Below, piece by piece: positions 45,721 through 55,658 of a stretch of DNA of 64,000 nt. This DNA comes from Spirochaetota bacterium (lineage in GTDB: Bacteria > Spirochaetota > UBA4802 > UBA5550). A program made the translations under genes and the position numbers. Each line of letters opens with the position of its first letter. Position 1 is the first letter of the stretch. Location of the stretch: contig JBNKTL010000006.1 of assembly GCA_050298055.1 (NCBI GenBank), forward strand, positions 70,280-134,279, written 5' to 3'. The notes beneath the pieces were generated by a model, which was not told where the DNA came from, ran no database searches, and saw only the letters and a list, made by a program, of their open reading frames with translations.

Positions 45721-47385
45721 TCAGCTTTTTAAAATAACGCTGATTTTAAAACCTTCCTTCGATCCTGATGCTTTAAAATCCGCGCCAATAATTGAAGCCC
45801 TGAACTTCATTGTCCGCAAACCAATTCCCTCGTTCCCCGGATGAGAATAATCATCCCCTCTTCCGTCATCAATAATTTCCAGTTTAATATATCCGTCTTC
45901 CTTCTGGAGTATTATTTTAATTTTACCGGCATTTCCATGTTTAATTGAATTGTTAACTGCTTCCTTGACGATGTAGTAGAGGTTAACCTCGATTACAGGA
46001 TCATCAAAGAATATTTTATCCCGGATCCTGACTTCACATGAAATATCAAATATCCTTTCGGTTTCAAGTGCAAGTTCATGAAGAGCCATGACAAGCCCAA
46101 AACGGTCAAGTTCAACGGGATGAAGGCCTTTGGAGAGGGTGCGGGTCTGATCAATAAGCTCCGAAATGATCTTTATGCTCTCCTCAACTTCATTAATAAC
46201 AGCATATGATCCGTTCCTCAGAGAATTTCTTATTGCCTGGTTAAGGTAAGAGAGTCCCGTAAGCTTTTGTCCGAGGCTGTCATGCAGGTCACGGCCAATC
46301 CTCTGACGCTCTGATTCAATGGCTGACATAATGTCTTTCTCCAGGTTTTTCTTTTCGGTGATATCGATAAAGCTCTCAAGCACACCTGTTATGGTCCCTG
46401 TACTGGAAAGAAAGGGTGTTGACTTCACAAGGCAGATAAGTTCAGTACCCTCGCCGAGAGTAAAGACCTTCTCATATTCAAAATTCTTTTTATCATTGAA
46501 AATCATATCATACAATGTTTCACTGAAATGACATTTAAACATCTCCCAGATATGGCTGTATTTTTCTCCCACAAGATTTTGTCCTTTCAGCCTGAACATC
46601 TTAATAAACGTTTCATTGACCCTGACTATCATGTAATTTCTGTTTACCAGGCACATTCCCACAGAAGCGGTATTCCATATCTGGTCAATCTCGTGATATG
46701 CGCTGTTTTTTGATTTTTCTGCCTCAGAAATAGTATTAATGACCCATATGGTAATCAGTGCCCCCACAATAAACGATCCGATAAAAAGGACCAGCATGAT
46801 TAGATGCGTGGTTAATATGGAGTCTTTGACTCCTTTGTCGGTCTTTTTGAGTATGTTGTCAGCATAACTTATAATTTTGTTGATAGAGTCCGTTGTGGTC
46901 TCTACCTTCCGGTCCAGCAGTTTAATCTCTGCGGATATGTTGATACGTCCTTTGTTGGTCAGGATAATTTTCCTTTTCAAGAAGAGAGTTTTTGCATAAT
47001 TGATAAATTCTTCGATTTTTTTTTCAGACTCAGCCATACTGGTATTGAGTTTTCTGTTTCTCGCCGAAAGTCTGAATAATTTACCCCTGGCCACTTTGTT
47101 CTTTATGATAATGTTTTTAAATTCTTTCTCAAGATTTTCAATATTTTTCAAATCAATCTCCAGGAGCATCTCCCGTGAAAGCTTATTGGCCCTCTCAAGG
47201 GTTATTATTAATTCGTCGCATGTCTCCACAGTGGGGAAAGCGATGTCGGTTATTTTGTTCAGTTTCCCGTTTATCCTTGCGATATTCAGGTATGCGGTAA
47301 GATAAAAAAATGCGAAGAGGAAAAAGACAAACCAGAACCCGGCTGTTATAATACCTGTATTGCTCCTTATTTTACTGCTGTTCAT
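45721..47385 (-). CDS. Membrane sensor histidine kinase (HisKA_3/NarX-type) with a PAS domain
   Basis: Two TMs around a helical periplasmic domain, then PAS, ERQRIGRDLHDSLGQ, EAVNNSIKH, DDGRG and GIGL. Confidence 0.93.
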   Translation of the reverse strand: MNSSKIRSNTGIITAGFWFVFFLFAFFYLTAYLNIARINGKLNKITDIAFPTVETCDELIITLERANKLSREMLLEIDLKNIENLEKEFKNIIIKNKVARGKLFRLSARNRKLNTSMAESEKKIEEFINYAKTLFLKRKIILTNKGRINISAEIKLLDRKVETTTDSINKIISYADNILKKTDKGVKDSILTTHLIMLVLFIGSFIVGALITIWVINTISEAEKSKNSAYHEIDQIWNTASVGMCLVNRNYMIVRVNETFIKMFRLKGQNLVGEKYSHIWEMFKCHFSETLYDMIFNDKKNFEYEKVFTLGEGTELICLVKSTPFLSSTGTITGVLESFIDITEKKNLEKDIMSAIESERQRIGRDLHDSLGQKLTGLSYLNQAIRNSLRNGSYAVINEVEESIKIISELIDQTRTLSKGLHPVELDRFGLVMALHELALETERIFDISCEVRIRDKIFFDDPVIEVNLYYIVKEAVNNSIKHGNAGKIKIILQKEDGYIKLEIIDDGRGDDYSHPGNEGIGLRTMKFRASIIGADFKASGSKEGFKISVILKS

Positions 47386-47704
47386 TTCATTATTCCTGCG
47401 ACTACGGATAATTCTCCAGCCGGAAAGAATTGCCGTCAATAACTTTTGCAGAAAGGAGAAAAACCTGAAAATTTCACTCCAGGCGGCAACCGGAGTACCC
47501 ATTTAGCGACTAAGTGATTGACAGAACAGTTATTCATGATAAAGTAACCGGAACAAATCAACTTCTCATTTAACCGCTCGGGATTATCAAATTCGAAATA
47601 AACAGGCCCGGAGAGTTTATCCCTCAATTCGATAAGCGGAATGGATAAACCGCAATAGAACAGGTGCTGTTTATCCGTTTCACCAGGTTACCATTAGAAG
47701 AGAT

Positions 47705-47845
47705 GTTACTAATCAGCTATGTATAAAAATATATATGTTAATGAATAAAAGATAGATGATGTGTCCCCGCCGCCGACCGCGGCGGGGACACATGGCTGTT
47801 ATTTCATTAAACATGTATATTTCAGCCATACAGCTGAGTAGTTAT
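47705..47845. mobile_element. Fold-back MITE-like element, copy 6 (best-preserved ends)
   Basis: GTTACTAATCAGCTAT ... core ... CAGCTGAGTAGTTAT; flanks GAAGAGAT / GAAGAAAT (7/8, an 8-bp TSD). Confidence 0.9.
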
Positions 47846-47881
47846 GAAGAAATCAAATGAACGTAAAAAATGGAGGCGATT

Positions 47882-48313
47882 ATGTCAAAAGCTGAAAATG
47901 GCAACAAAGTAAAGGTACATTATAAAGGAAGCTTTGATGACGGAACAGTATTCGATTCATCTGAAGGTAAAGATCCCCTTGAATTTGAACTGGGCAGCGG
48001 ACAGGTGATTCCCGGCTTTGATAAAAATATTGAAGGTATGGAATTAAATGAGAAGAAGACAATAAAAATACCTTCACAGGAAGCATACGGAGAAAGAAGG
48101 GATGAACTGATCATGGACTTCCCTAAATCGGAATTTCCCAATGACATTAACCCCGAAGTGGGACAGCAGCTTCAGATGCAGAACCAGGAGGGCCAGGTTT
48201 TCAATGTCCTTGTTACCGGAGTATCAGGAGAATCCGTAACACTGGATGCGAACCATCCCCTTGCCGGGAAAAACCTTAACTTTGATATTGAACTTGTAGA
48301 GATAATCGGCTGA
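47882..48313 (+). CDS. slyD: FKBP-type peptidyl-prolyl isomerase (SlyD-like)
   Basis: VKVHYKG..DDGTVFDSS, GQVIPGF, AYGER and LDANHPLAGK motifs; GGAGG RBS; no His-rich tail. Confidence 0.92.
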   Translation: MSKAENGNKVKVHYKGSFDDGTVFDSSEGKDPLEFELGSGQVIPGFDKNIEGMELNEKKTIKIPSQEAYGERRDELIMDFPKSEFPNDINPEVGQQLQMQNQEGQVFNVLVTGVSGESVTLDANHPLAGKNLNFDIELVEIIG

Positions 48314-48441
48314 TACGACCAAAAGGTATTATAAACTCCCGTCAAACGGTTTCATCCAACAAACTGTTTTTCAAAAATAATTGACATATAGTGTCAGGGG
48401 ATTATCCTGAGGGAAACAGCTAACGATAATTATTTGTTCTC

Positions 48442-49152
48442 ATGACCAGTTCAGGATGTAAAATATGCCCCGGATGCGGCGCTCAACTTCCCTTTCCGGA
48501 AAAATCCGGAAACAGGGAAGAAGGGAGAGTATGCAAATACTGTCACACGGTCATTGACCGGGAGAATAAAACCGGGAGCGGCAGCAGGTTCCTGAAAAAA
48601 CTTCTGACCCGGCCGGACAGATATTCAAGACGGGTACTGTCACTGGTCCTGGCACTTATCTCCGGAACCGTTATTATGGTTCTTACCTATCTCCCGAAAG
48701 AGGAAAAAATCGTTCTTCCCTCAAAAAGCCCCGAAGAGGAAAATCTTCAGGAGGAAAGGGCGTCAGTAAACGGAAAGTACAGCGGCCTTGTCCAGGTCCT
48801 GAAATGTCCGGAGGATAAAAAATCATACGGGACCTTCAGTGATTACGGATACTGGGGAGGAGGCGGATGGTGCGGACAAACCGGGAAGGCCGGGTACTGG
48901 GTATGGATATATCCCCACTGGTATATCTGGAAAAATATGGATATGGAGGAGGCAGCTTCCACGGACCCCTCGGTGAACGGTAAGTACTTTAACCTGATCC
49001 AGGTCCTCCCCTGCCCCGGGGACAGGAAAAAGTACGGCCTCTACCAGGATTACGGATACTGGAAAGGAGGCAGATGGTGCGGAGAAGAAGGAAAGGCCGG
49101 GTACTGGGTATGGGTCTCTCCTCAATGGTATATCTGGAGAGGGAGAAAATAG
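48442..49152 (+). CDS. Zn-ribbon + TM protein with a duplicated Trp/Gly/Cys-rich domain
   Basis: CPGC and CKYC, one TM, and two ~56-aa repeats (48763-48930 and 48970-49137). Confidence 0.8.
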   Translation: MTSSGCKICPGCGAQLPFPEKSGNREEGRVCKYCHTVIDRENKTGSGSRFLKKLLTRPDRYSRRVLSLVLALISGTVIMVLTYLPKEEKIVLPSKSPEEENLQEERASVNGKYSGLVQVLKCPEDKKSYGTFSDYGYWGGGGWCGQTGKAGYWVWIYPHWYIWKNMDMEEAASTDPSVNGKYFNLIQVLPCPGDRKKYGLYQDYGYWKGGRWCGEEGKAGYWVWVSPQWYIWRGRK

Positions 49153-49159
49153 CCCCTGC

Positions 49160-49540
49160 CTATCTTAAATAAAAGAGATAATACAGGATACTTCCCGCAA
49201 GAGCAATGATTCCCGTGACAAAGAGGGACTTGTTATACCGGTCCCTTTTTCTCTTATGTCGCTGCCCGTTAAGTATCACCCCGAGAATACTGAGGCCTAT
49301 CATGGGCAGGAGTATATAAAACGCATACCTGAGCATGGTCTTGTCCCACATGCCCATGGAGTATGACCCGAAACTAAAGGTATCATAAACCCTTTCAAAC
49401 ATTGTGTCATATCTCGGACGAGCCAGTGAAATAATGATAAATGCGGAAAAAAGAAGTAACCACAGGAGGAATGTGATCAGGCGGACAAACTTTGCAGTCC
49501 CGTCTGGGCCCTGGCGAAGGTTCTTTCTCATTGTAACCAT
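49160..49540 (-). CDS. Hypothetical 3-TM membrane protein
   Basis: AGGAGG RBS; three hydrophobic segments; ARP and RHKRKRD motifs. Confidence 0.75.
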   Translation of the reverse strand: MVTMRKNLRQGPDGTAKFVRLITFLLWLLLFSAFIIISLARPRYDTMFERVYDTFSFGSYSMGMWDKTMLRYAFYILLPMIGLSILGVILNGQRHKRKRDRYNKSLFVTGIIALAGSILYYLFYLR

Positions 49541-49616
49541 TGACTACCTCCTTTTCTCAGGATAATTGAGATAGACATAATTACTGATAAATCAAAATAC
49601 CATTGTTCGAGATTCC

Positions 49617-50018
49617 TTATCTCCTCCCGTAGATACAGCTTTTGCCCTCTGAATGTACGGCAATGGTATCGCCTTTATAAATAATTATTCCCGCTGTTTT
49701 TAAATCGTCACCATAGAGCTTTGTCCCTTTATATATGGTGAGTCTTCTTCCCTCCACGACTCCGAGAAATTCTTTCCCGCTTCCGGCTCCCCTTTTCTGA
49801 AAAATTTTTATGAGATAGTATTTATCTCCAAATCCCTTGACTTTTGTTATATCAATGCGAGTGCTTTCGCAATTGCCCGATATATACTCATAACTCCCCT
49901 CCATCCTGTTCTCTGATGAACAGAACAGGAGAGTTAAACCGAACAGAAGTGCCGGCAGACCGGCGGTTTTAATCAACCTTTCTCTCTTCTCACAGCTTGA
50001 TTTTGAAATTAAGAACAA
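49617..50018 (-). CDS. Hypothetical lipoprotein
   Basis: Hydrophobic segment ending LLFC; the start codon is uncertain. Confidence 0.55.
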   Translation of the reverse strand: MFLISKSSCEKRERLIKTAGLPALLFGLTLLFCSSENRMEGSYEYISGNCESTRIDITKVKGFGDKYYLIKIFQKRGAGSGKEFLGVVEGRRLTIYKGTKLYGDDLKTAGIIIYKGDTIAVHSEGKSCIYGRR

Positions 50019-50457
50019 CAGGTTTTACCAGTTTTTCAAAATCCTTGTACTTCATCTTGATAAGATCAGTATGAGTACCCGCATTAAAGATTATCTCATA
50101 GTCCTTTGCAAGGTCCTCCGAGACAATCTCATCCATACCGTAAAGGTTTCCGAAGGGGGGCATAGCTCCGAGTTCACAGTCAGCAAATGTGTCCATGAAA
50201 TCCGATTCATTTGCCAGTTCAATATCATCAGTGTAAAACACGTTTTTAAGAAGTCTCATGTTTACCTTCTGATTTGCAGTTGTCACCACCATTGTGAGCT
50301 TACCGTTGATCTTGACAATTACGGTTTTTGCCATCTCCCTGCCCGGGACGTGCGCCGCGTGTGCGGTCATCTGGGCTGAATATGAAACAGGATGCTTGAT
50401 GACCTCATAGGGGATGCCGTTCTTTTCGAGAAAATCAATTATCTTTTCGCCTCTCAT
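49990..50457 (-). CDS. YbaK/EbsC-family aminoacyl-tRNA deacylase
   Basis: AKTVIV, LA.E, CELGAMPPFG and FNAGTH motifs; AAGGAG RBS before ATG 50457. Confidence 0.9.
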   Translation of the reverse strand: MRGEKIIDFLEKNGIPYEVIKHPVSYSAQMTAHAAHVPGREMAKTVIVKINGKLTMVVTTANQKVNMRLLKNVFYTDDIELANESDFMDTFADCELGAMPPFGNLYGMDEIVSEDLAKDYEIIFNAGTHTDLIKMKYKDFEKLVKPVVLNFKIKL

Positions 50458-50635
50458 GATTTTACTCCTTTTTTTTATAAGAAAATTTCTCTTTATTAAG
50501 CTACCCATAATATACACCGGTGCGATTAATGTGTCAAAAAAATTAGGGGAAAACCCGGTATTAAGTTTTTTTAAAGTCATAAAAAAAATATTTGATTTTA
50601 TTATTAAAATTGACATCTATTGAGAGTATTATTTT

Positions 50636-50775
50636 GTAACGAATCAGTTATGAATAAAAATAAGAATATCCATGAAAAAAACATAACTGATATGTCCCCG
50701 CCGCCCAGGGCGGCGGGGACATATTGTTGATATTTTATTAAATATGTTTATTCTCGTCATATAGTTGAATAGTAC
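50636..50775. mobile_element. Fold-back MITE-like element, copy 7
   Basis: GTAACGAATCAGTTAT ... ATATGTCCCCGCCGCC-cag-GGCGGCGGGGACATAT ... ATAGTTGAATAGTAC. Confidence 0.88.
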
Positions 50776-50903
50776 AAATTTTCATTATGGATATTCTCAA
50801 CCTTATAAAGCCGTTATAAGGGAGCCTCTCTGAATGATTTTTTTGAAATTATTTTTTTGAGGACCAATAAAACATTTGAATAAAAATAATAAGGAGTAAT
50901 TCT

Positions 50904-51080
50904 ATGGATGCTGCGAAAAAAGTCATAAGCACCTTAAAAAAAGCGAAAAAGCCCCTCAGGCCGGGAGAAATTGCCGAGCTCTCCGGACTTGATAAAAAGG
51001 ATGTGGATAAGGCGATCAAGGAACTCAAAGGAGAGGAGAAAATATACTCACCAAAGAGATGCTTCTACGATGTGAAATAA
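50904..51080 (+). CDS. 58-aa winged-helix protein (absent from the ORF track)
   Basis: AAGGAG RBS; MDAAKKVISTLKKAKKPLRPGEIAELSGLDKKDVDKAIKELKGEEKIYSPKRCFYDVK*. Confidence 0.85.
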   Translation: MDAAKKVISTLKKAKKPLRPGEIAELSGLDKKDVDKAIKELKGEEKIYSPKRCFYDVK

Positions 51081-51154
51081 CAGTAATCTCTCCGCCGCCC
51101 AGGGCGGTATTGAGATATTAATAACACTCACTATCATATACCGGATGAAAAATT

Positions 51155-51613
51155 ATGAAACTAAAAAAAATATTGGGAGATAAATCTCCAAGACTCAACC
51201 TTGTAACGGTAAGCCCCGATGCGAGCCTTCAGGAAGTGGCCCGGATCCTCTGCGCTCACGGGATCGGCGCACTGCTGGTTGTGGAACCGGATACCGATCC
51301 TCCTCGTTTCCTCGGGATCCTCTCCGAGAGAGATATGCTGAAATTTGCATGTACCGGGAAAGATTTTCAATCATCAAAAGCTTCTGAAATCATGACCAGG
51401 GACATGATCATAGCCACATCAGACGACGATGTTGAATATGTTATGCAGCTTATGTCACAGAAGCATATAAGGCACATCCCGGTGGTTGAAGGACAGAACG
51501 TAATCGGAATGCTCTCCATAAGGGACATGGTCAATTCGGTTCTGAAACAGCAGAAAATACAGATCAGGCACATGAGCGATTATACGGGAAGTTACGGGAA
51601 CCAGGTATTCTGA
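51155..51613 (+). CDS. CBS-pair domain protein
   Basis: IGALLVV, GILSERD, IMT, IRHIPVV and GMLSIRD motifs. Confidence 0.92.
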   Translation: MKLKKILGDKSPRLNLVTVSPDASLQEVARILCAHGIGALLVVEPDTDPPRFLGILSERDMLKFACTGKDFQSSKASEIMTRDMIIATSDDDVEYVMQLMSQKHIRHIPVVEGQNVIGMLSIRDMVNSVLKQQKIQIRHMSDYTGSYGNQVF

Positions 51614-51629
51614 TTGAGGAGGCTGTCTC

Positions 51630-52016
51630 ATGACACTCCCGGACCGGCAAACAGGTCTGCGTAATAATTTAAACCCCTGTATAAGCTGCGGTGCCTGCTG
51701 CGCACTCTACAGGGTGACCTTTCCCCGGGAAAGTTCCGAAAGAGGGAACAGCAGCACAATCCCCTTTGAACTGACAATTAAGGTTAACAGAAAACAGAGG
51801 GGTATGAAAGGCACCTACGGCAGTTCACCCCGATGTATTGCGCTTAAAGGGGAAATCGGATTTTCCGTCAGCTGCAGCATCTACAGTGTCAGGCCCCCTC
51901 CCTGCAGGACCTTTACAATTGCCTGGGAAAACGGTGTTGAAAATGAGAGATGCAGCAGGGCCCGAAAATTCTGGGGCCTGCCGCCGCTGGAGAAACCGGA
52001 CCTCTTCTCGTGCTGA
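51630..52016 (+). CDS. YkgJ-family (CxxCxxCC) Zn/Fe-chelating protein
   Basis: CISCGACC, RCIAL and CSIYSVRPPPCR motifs. Confidence 0.88.
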   Translation: MTLPDRQTGLRNNLNPCISCGACCALYRVTFPRESSERGNSSTIPFELTIKVNRKQRGMKGTYGSSPRCIALKGEIGFSVSCSIYSVRPPPCRTFTIAWENGVENERCSRARKFWGLPPLEKPDLFSC

Positions 52017-52081
52017 GCCCGCGTGATTTCCAGCAGTTAACCAATCATGATTAGTTAAAAATCACGCAGTCGAAGTACTAA

Positions 52082-53650
52082 TCAGAGTGCAAACCTGATA
52101 CCTGCAAGGTGCTCGGGGGAGAAGATCCCGTTTTCCACCATTTCCTTCTCACGGCAGGTGTACCTGTAGAAAAGTGCTAAAAAGCCTTTCCTCCCAAAGA
52201 AGAGTGCAGGCTCAACAGAGTACTCATACGTATTTAAATTGCCGAAATATTTAAAATATGTACCTGATAATGCGATCCCGATTATGTGTGTTCTCACAAG
52301 CCACTGATTTACATTAACCTGGGCTATCCAGTCAACGGGGAGACTGCCGTTTTGGTAAACTTTTTCGCATGATGCCCATATGAGGGGGAACCAGCTTCCG
52401 GTCCCGAGACTCCTGTTCCGCATCATCCGGGAATCACCATGGTAAGGCGCAGTCGCTATCCGTACCCCGGCCGACGAGAACCAGTTGGAATATCCGTCAG
52501 AGATATTACCCTCATCATATCTCTGGTAATGCGCATAGGGAATAAATGTTATTCCCAAGGCACGGGGCAGGATATTGAGGCCCCCCTCAAAGCTGTACTG
52601 AATAAAGCGGGGATACATCCCGTTGTCCTCTTTGAGAGAATCGTGTTTAAGCCGTGCAGAGCCGTAGAACCCGGAACTTTCCAATGCAGGAAGGAAAAGA
52701 AGCATCTGGATATCCGTATGATAGTTTAACTCACTTTCCCCGACATATTTCCCGTAGGCCCCATTGAGAAAGATCTCCGGATAACGGAACATTTCGTCAC
52801 GCCGGCCCGAAACCTCCCTTCCCTTTCCCTCATCAACGATCCATGTGGTAAACCGCATTCCCGTGAAATGGTTCACCTCTTCTTCCGCATAATACCCGTT
52901 TGTCCCTCGAATTCTCTCCGTCCCGGTAAACAGGCTGAACTCACCCTCTTCCCATTTTGTTTTCACTCCCGCTTCGCTCCTGACATCAAGGTTCTTCTCG
53001 TCCCCGAACTTCCCTGTAATGCTTCCTTCAAGATAGGGAGAAAAGATAAAAATACCGGGGCCCACTCCCCTCAGTGTCCCGGAAAGATAAAACCTGTAGG
53101 GAAAGAACTCCGTGTGCCATCCGTATGCCGCCGTGACACTCCCGGTGAGATAGGGGTTTCTCCCCGCATACCTCTGCTTCTCGCTGCCGGAAAATCCCGG
53201 CGCATCCCACCGGACCCCGGCGCCATACCAGCGGATCCTGTCCTTCTCCCTGTCATTGATGTTTATCCTGTTGTTGCAGAGGTGATCAAAGAAGACACCC
53301 GCATGCCCAATGGGGGTCTTCCACCCGGCAGTGAGATAGTTCATCCGGTAGAAGATAAGGTCGGGTTCAATACCGCCGGAATTCTCCCTGAAAGTGTTAG
53401 TAGCTGTAAAATCGAAGGTGAGATCAAAATTTCCCCGGCGAAAAAATTCCGTAAGAAAGAAAAAATCCATTGCCGAATGATAATCGTTCCCGTAAGGAGT
53501 ATAGTATTTCCCCGATAAAGAAAGTTCCGCGTAGGGAAGAAACAGGGAACCGGTTGATTTCCCGGGACTCTCCTCCCCTCCGATTCCGGCAGTCAATGCG
53601 GGAAGGGGGACCAGGATTAATGCCGCTATGTAGAGAACCCTGAAAAACAT
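52082..53650 (-). CDS. Putative outer-membrane beta-barrel protein
   Basis: Signal peptide, aromatic-rich strands, C-terminal AGIRFAL; downstream of pstA in the same orientation. Confidence 0.6.
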   Translation of the reverse strand: MFFRVLYIAALILVPLPALTAGIGGEESPGKSTGSLFLPYAELSLSGKYYTPYGNDYHSAMDFFFLTEFFRRGNFDLTFDFTATNTFRENSGGIEPDLIFYRMNYLTAGWKTPIGHAGVFFDHLCNNRININDREKDRIRWYGAGVRWDAPGFSGSEKQRYAGRNPYLTGSVTAAYGWHTEFFPYRFYLSGTLRGVGPGIFIFSPYLEGSITGKFGDEKNLDVRSEAGVKTKWEEGEFSLFTGTERIRGTNGYYAEEEVNHFTGMRFTTWIVDEGKGREVSGRRDEMFRYPEIFLNGAYGKYVGESELNYHTDIQMLLFLPALESSGFYGSARLKHDSLKEDNGMYPRFIQYSFEGGLNILPRALGITFIPYAHYQRYDEGNISDGYSNWFSSAGVRIATAPYHGDSRMMRNRSLGTGSWFPLIWASCEKVYQNGSLPVDWIAQVNVNQWLVRTHIIGIALSGTYFKYFGNLNTYEYSVEPALFFGRKGFLALFYRYTCREKEMVENGIFSPEHLAGIRFAL

Positions 53651-53730
53651 ATGAGATTCTCATACAACCGGAAATGGAATGAGTCAAGCATTTTAGGATC
53701 CTGTTTACTTCCTGAAACAGAAATCCCCTG

Positions 53731-54615
53731 CTACTTTTCGCTTCTGTATTTTTTCCTTATAGAGATGGCAACACCATTGAAGAGAACAAGTATAACAAGG
53801 AGGACCACAACCGCCGCAGGAGTTACCCCGTGCTGAAATTCCTCTTTGGGAAAATCAGACCAGGCAAAGATCTGCAGCGGCAGCGCTCCGAAGGGACTCA
53901 TAATGCCTTCCGGGGGGCTGAATATTGCGGTCGCCACACCAATCATGATCAGCGGAGCGGTTTCCCCTATTGCATTGGCCAATGCAAGTATTGTTCCTGT
54001 CATGATCCCGGGCATGGCTTCGGGAAGAACAATATTTTTTATGGTCTGCCATTTTGTGGCGCCCAGGCTGTAAGACGCTTCCCTGATCGAGAAAGGGACC
54101 GCGCGTATGGCTTCCTGGGATGATATGATCATTATGGGAAGAATCCTCAATGTCAGGGTAAGCGCCCCCACAAGAACAATACCCGGATTCAAACCGAGAA
54201 AACCCACAAATATTCCGAGACCCAGGAGCCCGTAGACAATAGAAGGGACCCCGGCCAGGTTGGCGATATTCATCTCGATGAGCCTCTTTAACCTGCCGTT
54301 CCCCAGGTACTCTTCGAGATTAATGGCGGCCCCCACACCGAGCATCAGCGAGAAGAGAGCAACAAGGGCTATCATATAAAGCGATCCGAGAAGCATGGGA
54401 TAGATACCGGCTTTCTCAGGGAACCGTGACGGTTTGCCGGTCAGGAACTGCCAGTCAAGCCAGCCCGCCGAATCCATGATGACCTTTGTCATGAGAACTG
54501 CAAGTGAGATTACCCCGATGAGGGTTGCGGTTATCGCAAGGAATTGAAAGACCTTCCCCTTGAGGGAGAGGATCTTTTTCCTCGTCTTCCCGGTTCTGCC
54601 ATTCAGCCCGATCAC
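53731..54615 (-). CDS. pstA: Phosphate ABC permease PstA
   Basis: NIANLAGVPSIVYGLLG, EAIRAVP...ASYSLGATKWQT and AIGETAP motifs. Confidence 0.95.
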   Translation of the reverse strand: MIGLNGRTGKTRKKILSLKGKVFQFLAITATLIGVISLAVLMTKVIMDSAGWLDWQFLTGKPSRFPEKAGIYPMLLGSLYMIALVALFSLMLGVGAAINLEEYLGNGRLKRLIEMNIANLAGVPSIVYGLLGLGIFVGFLGLNPGIVLVGALTLTLRILPIMIISSQEAIRAVPFSIREASYSLGATKWQTIKNIVLPEAMPGIMTGTILALANAIGETAPLIMIGVATAIFSPPEGIMSPFGALPLQIFAWSDFPKEEFQHGVTPAAVVVLLVILVLFNGVAISIRKKYRSEK

Positions 54616-55571
54616 TGGTATTCCTCCCTGTATTTTTTCTTGATAAGCTGGCTGATGCCGTTAAGAGTGAGGGTGATCACAAACAGTGTCAGTCCCACGG
54701 CATAGAGACTCTTATATGCCACCGAGTCCCCGGTAACATCGCTCATCCCGATTTCCACCATGGCGGCCGTCATTGTCTGGATCGGTTTAAGGAGCGCGTC
54801 GTTAAGGTTGAAAGGGTTGACGATCCGCGAGAGGTTCCCGGCCGCAATGGTAACAGCCATTGTCTCTCCGATTGCGCGGGAAATTCCCAGTATAAAAGAA
54901 GAAACAATACCTGACAGGGCGGAGGGCACAACCACACCTGTACTCACCTGGAACTTTGTCCCCCCGAGGGCATAGGCTGCTTCCCTCAGTGAATTGGGAA
55001 CGGATTTCATTGCGTCTTCACTGATACTGGCGATTGTGGGAACAATCATAATGGCCACCACTATGGCGGCGCTGAGAACATTAAATGTCTGTATGGCGGG
55101 AAAGATATTTTTAAGTAATGGCGTTATATAGACAAGAGCAAAGTAACCGTACACTACAGTGGGCAGTCCCGCGAGAAGTTCAAGGGCGGGCTTGACAACA
55201 TTCCGCACCTTTGGTGACGCGTACTCACTGAGAAATATGGCCGCGAGAAGCCCCACGGGGAGGGCGATAATCGCAGTGACTGCTGTAAACACAAGGGTCC
55301 CGCTCACAAGAGGAAGAACACCGAACTTCACCGGCTTGATATTGGGGTTCCACTTTGTTTCCGTGAAAAAATCGATAATTGAAACCTGGGTGAAAAAACT
55401 GACCGCATCATAGAGAAGGACCATAACGATCCCCATTGTAATTGCAATGGAGAGAAATGAACAGAAGGCAAAAAAGGACTCAAGGGCTTTTTCCCTGTTG
55501 GATCCCGGCTTCATCTTACTCAGTTTCTGTGGAGTAAGGGCGCCACCTGAATTGATTTTTGATTTATCCAT
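54612..55571 (-). CDS. pstC: Phosphate ABC permease PstC
   Basis: AIFLSEYA, ELLAGLPTVVYG and SRAIGETMAV motifs. Confidence 0.95.
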   Translation of the reverse strand: MDKSKINSGGALTPQKLSKMKPGSNREKALESFFAFCSFLSIAITMGIVMVLLYDAVSFFTQVSIIDFFTETKWNPNIKPVKFGVLPLVSGTLVFTAVTAIIALPVGLLAAIFLSEYASPKVRNVVKPALELLAGLPTVVYGYFALVYITPLLKNIFPAIQTFNVLSAAIVVAIMIVPTIASISEDAMKSVPNSLREAAYALGGTKFQVSTGVVVPSALSGIVSSFILGISRAIGETMAVTIAAGNLSRIVNPFNLNDALLKPIQTMTAAMVEIGMSDVTGDSVAYKSLYAVGLTLFVITLTLNGISQLIKKKYREEYQ

Positions 55572-55658
55572 GATTAACCCGGTTGATCAACCTGCACAGG
55601 TCCCTGAAAATGATCCTGTACAGGCCGAGCCATATATTAATAATCCCGAAACAGCCTG

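Noticed and set aside
51085..51118. Hairpin CCGCCGCCCCAGGGCGG as another element copy
   Set aside because: Only partial similarity to the core, with no arms or TIRs; more simply a hairpin after the small wHTH gene.
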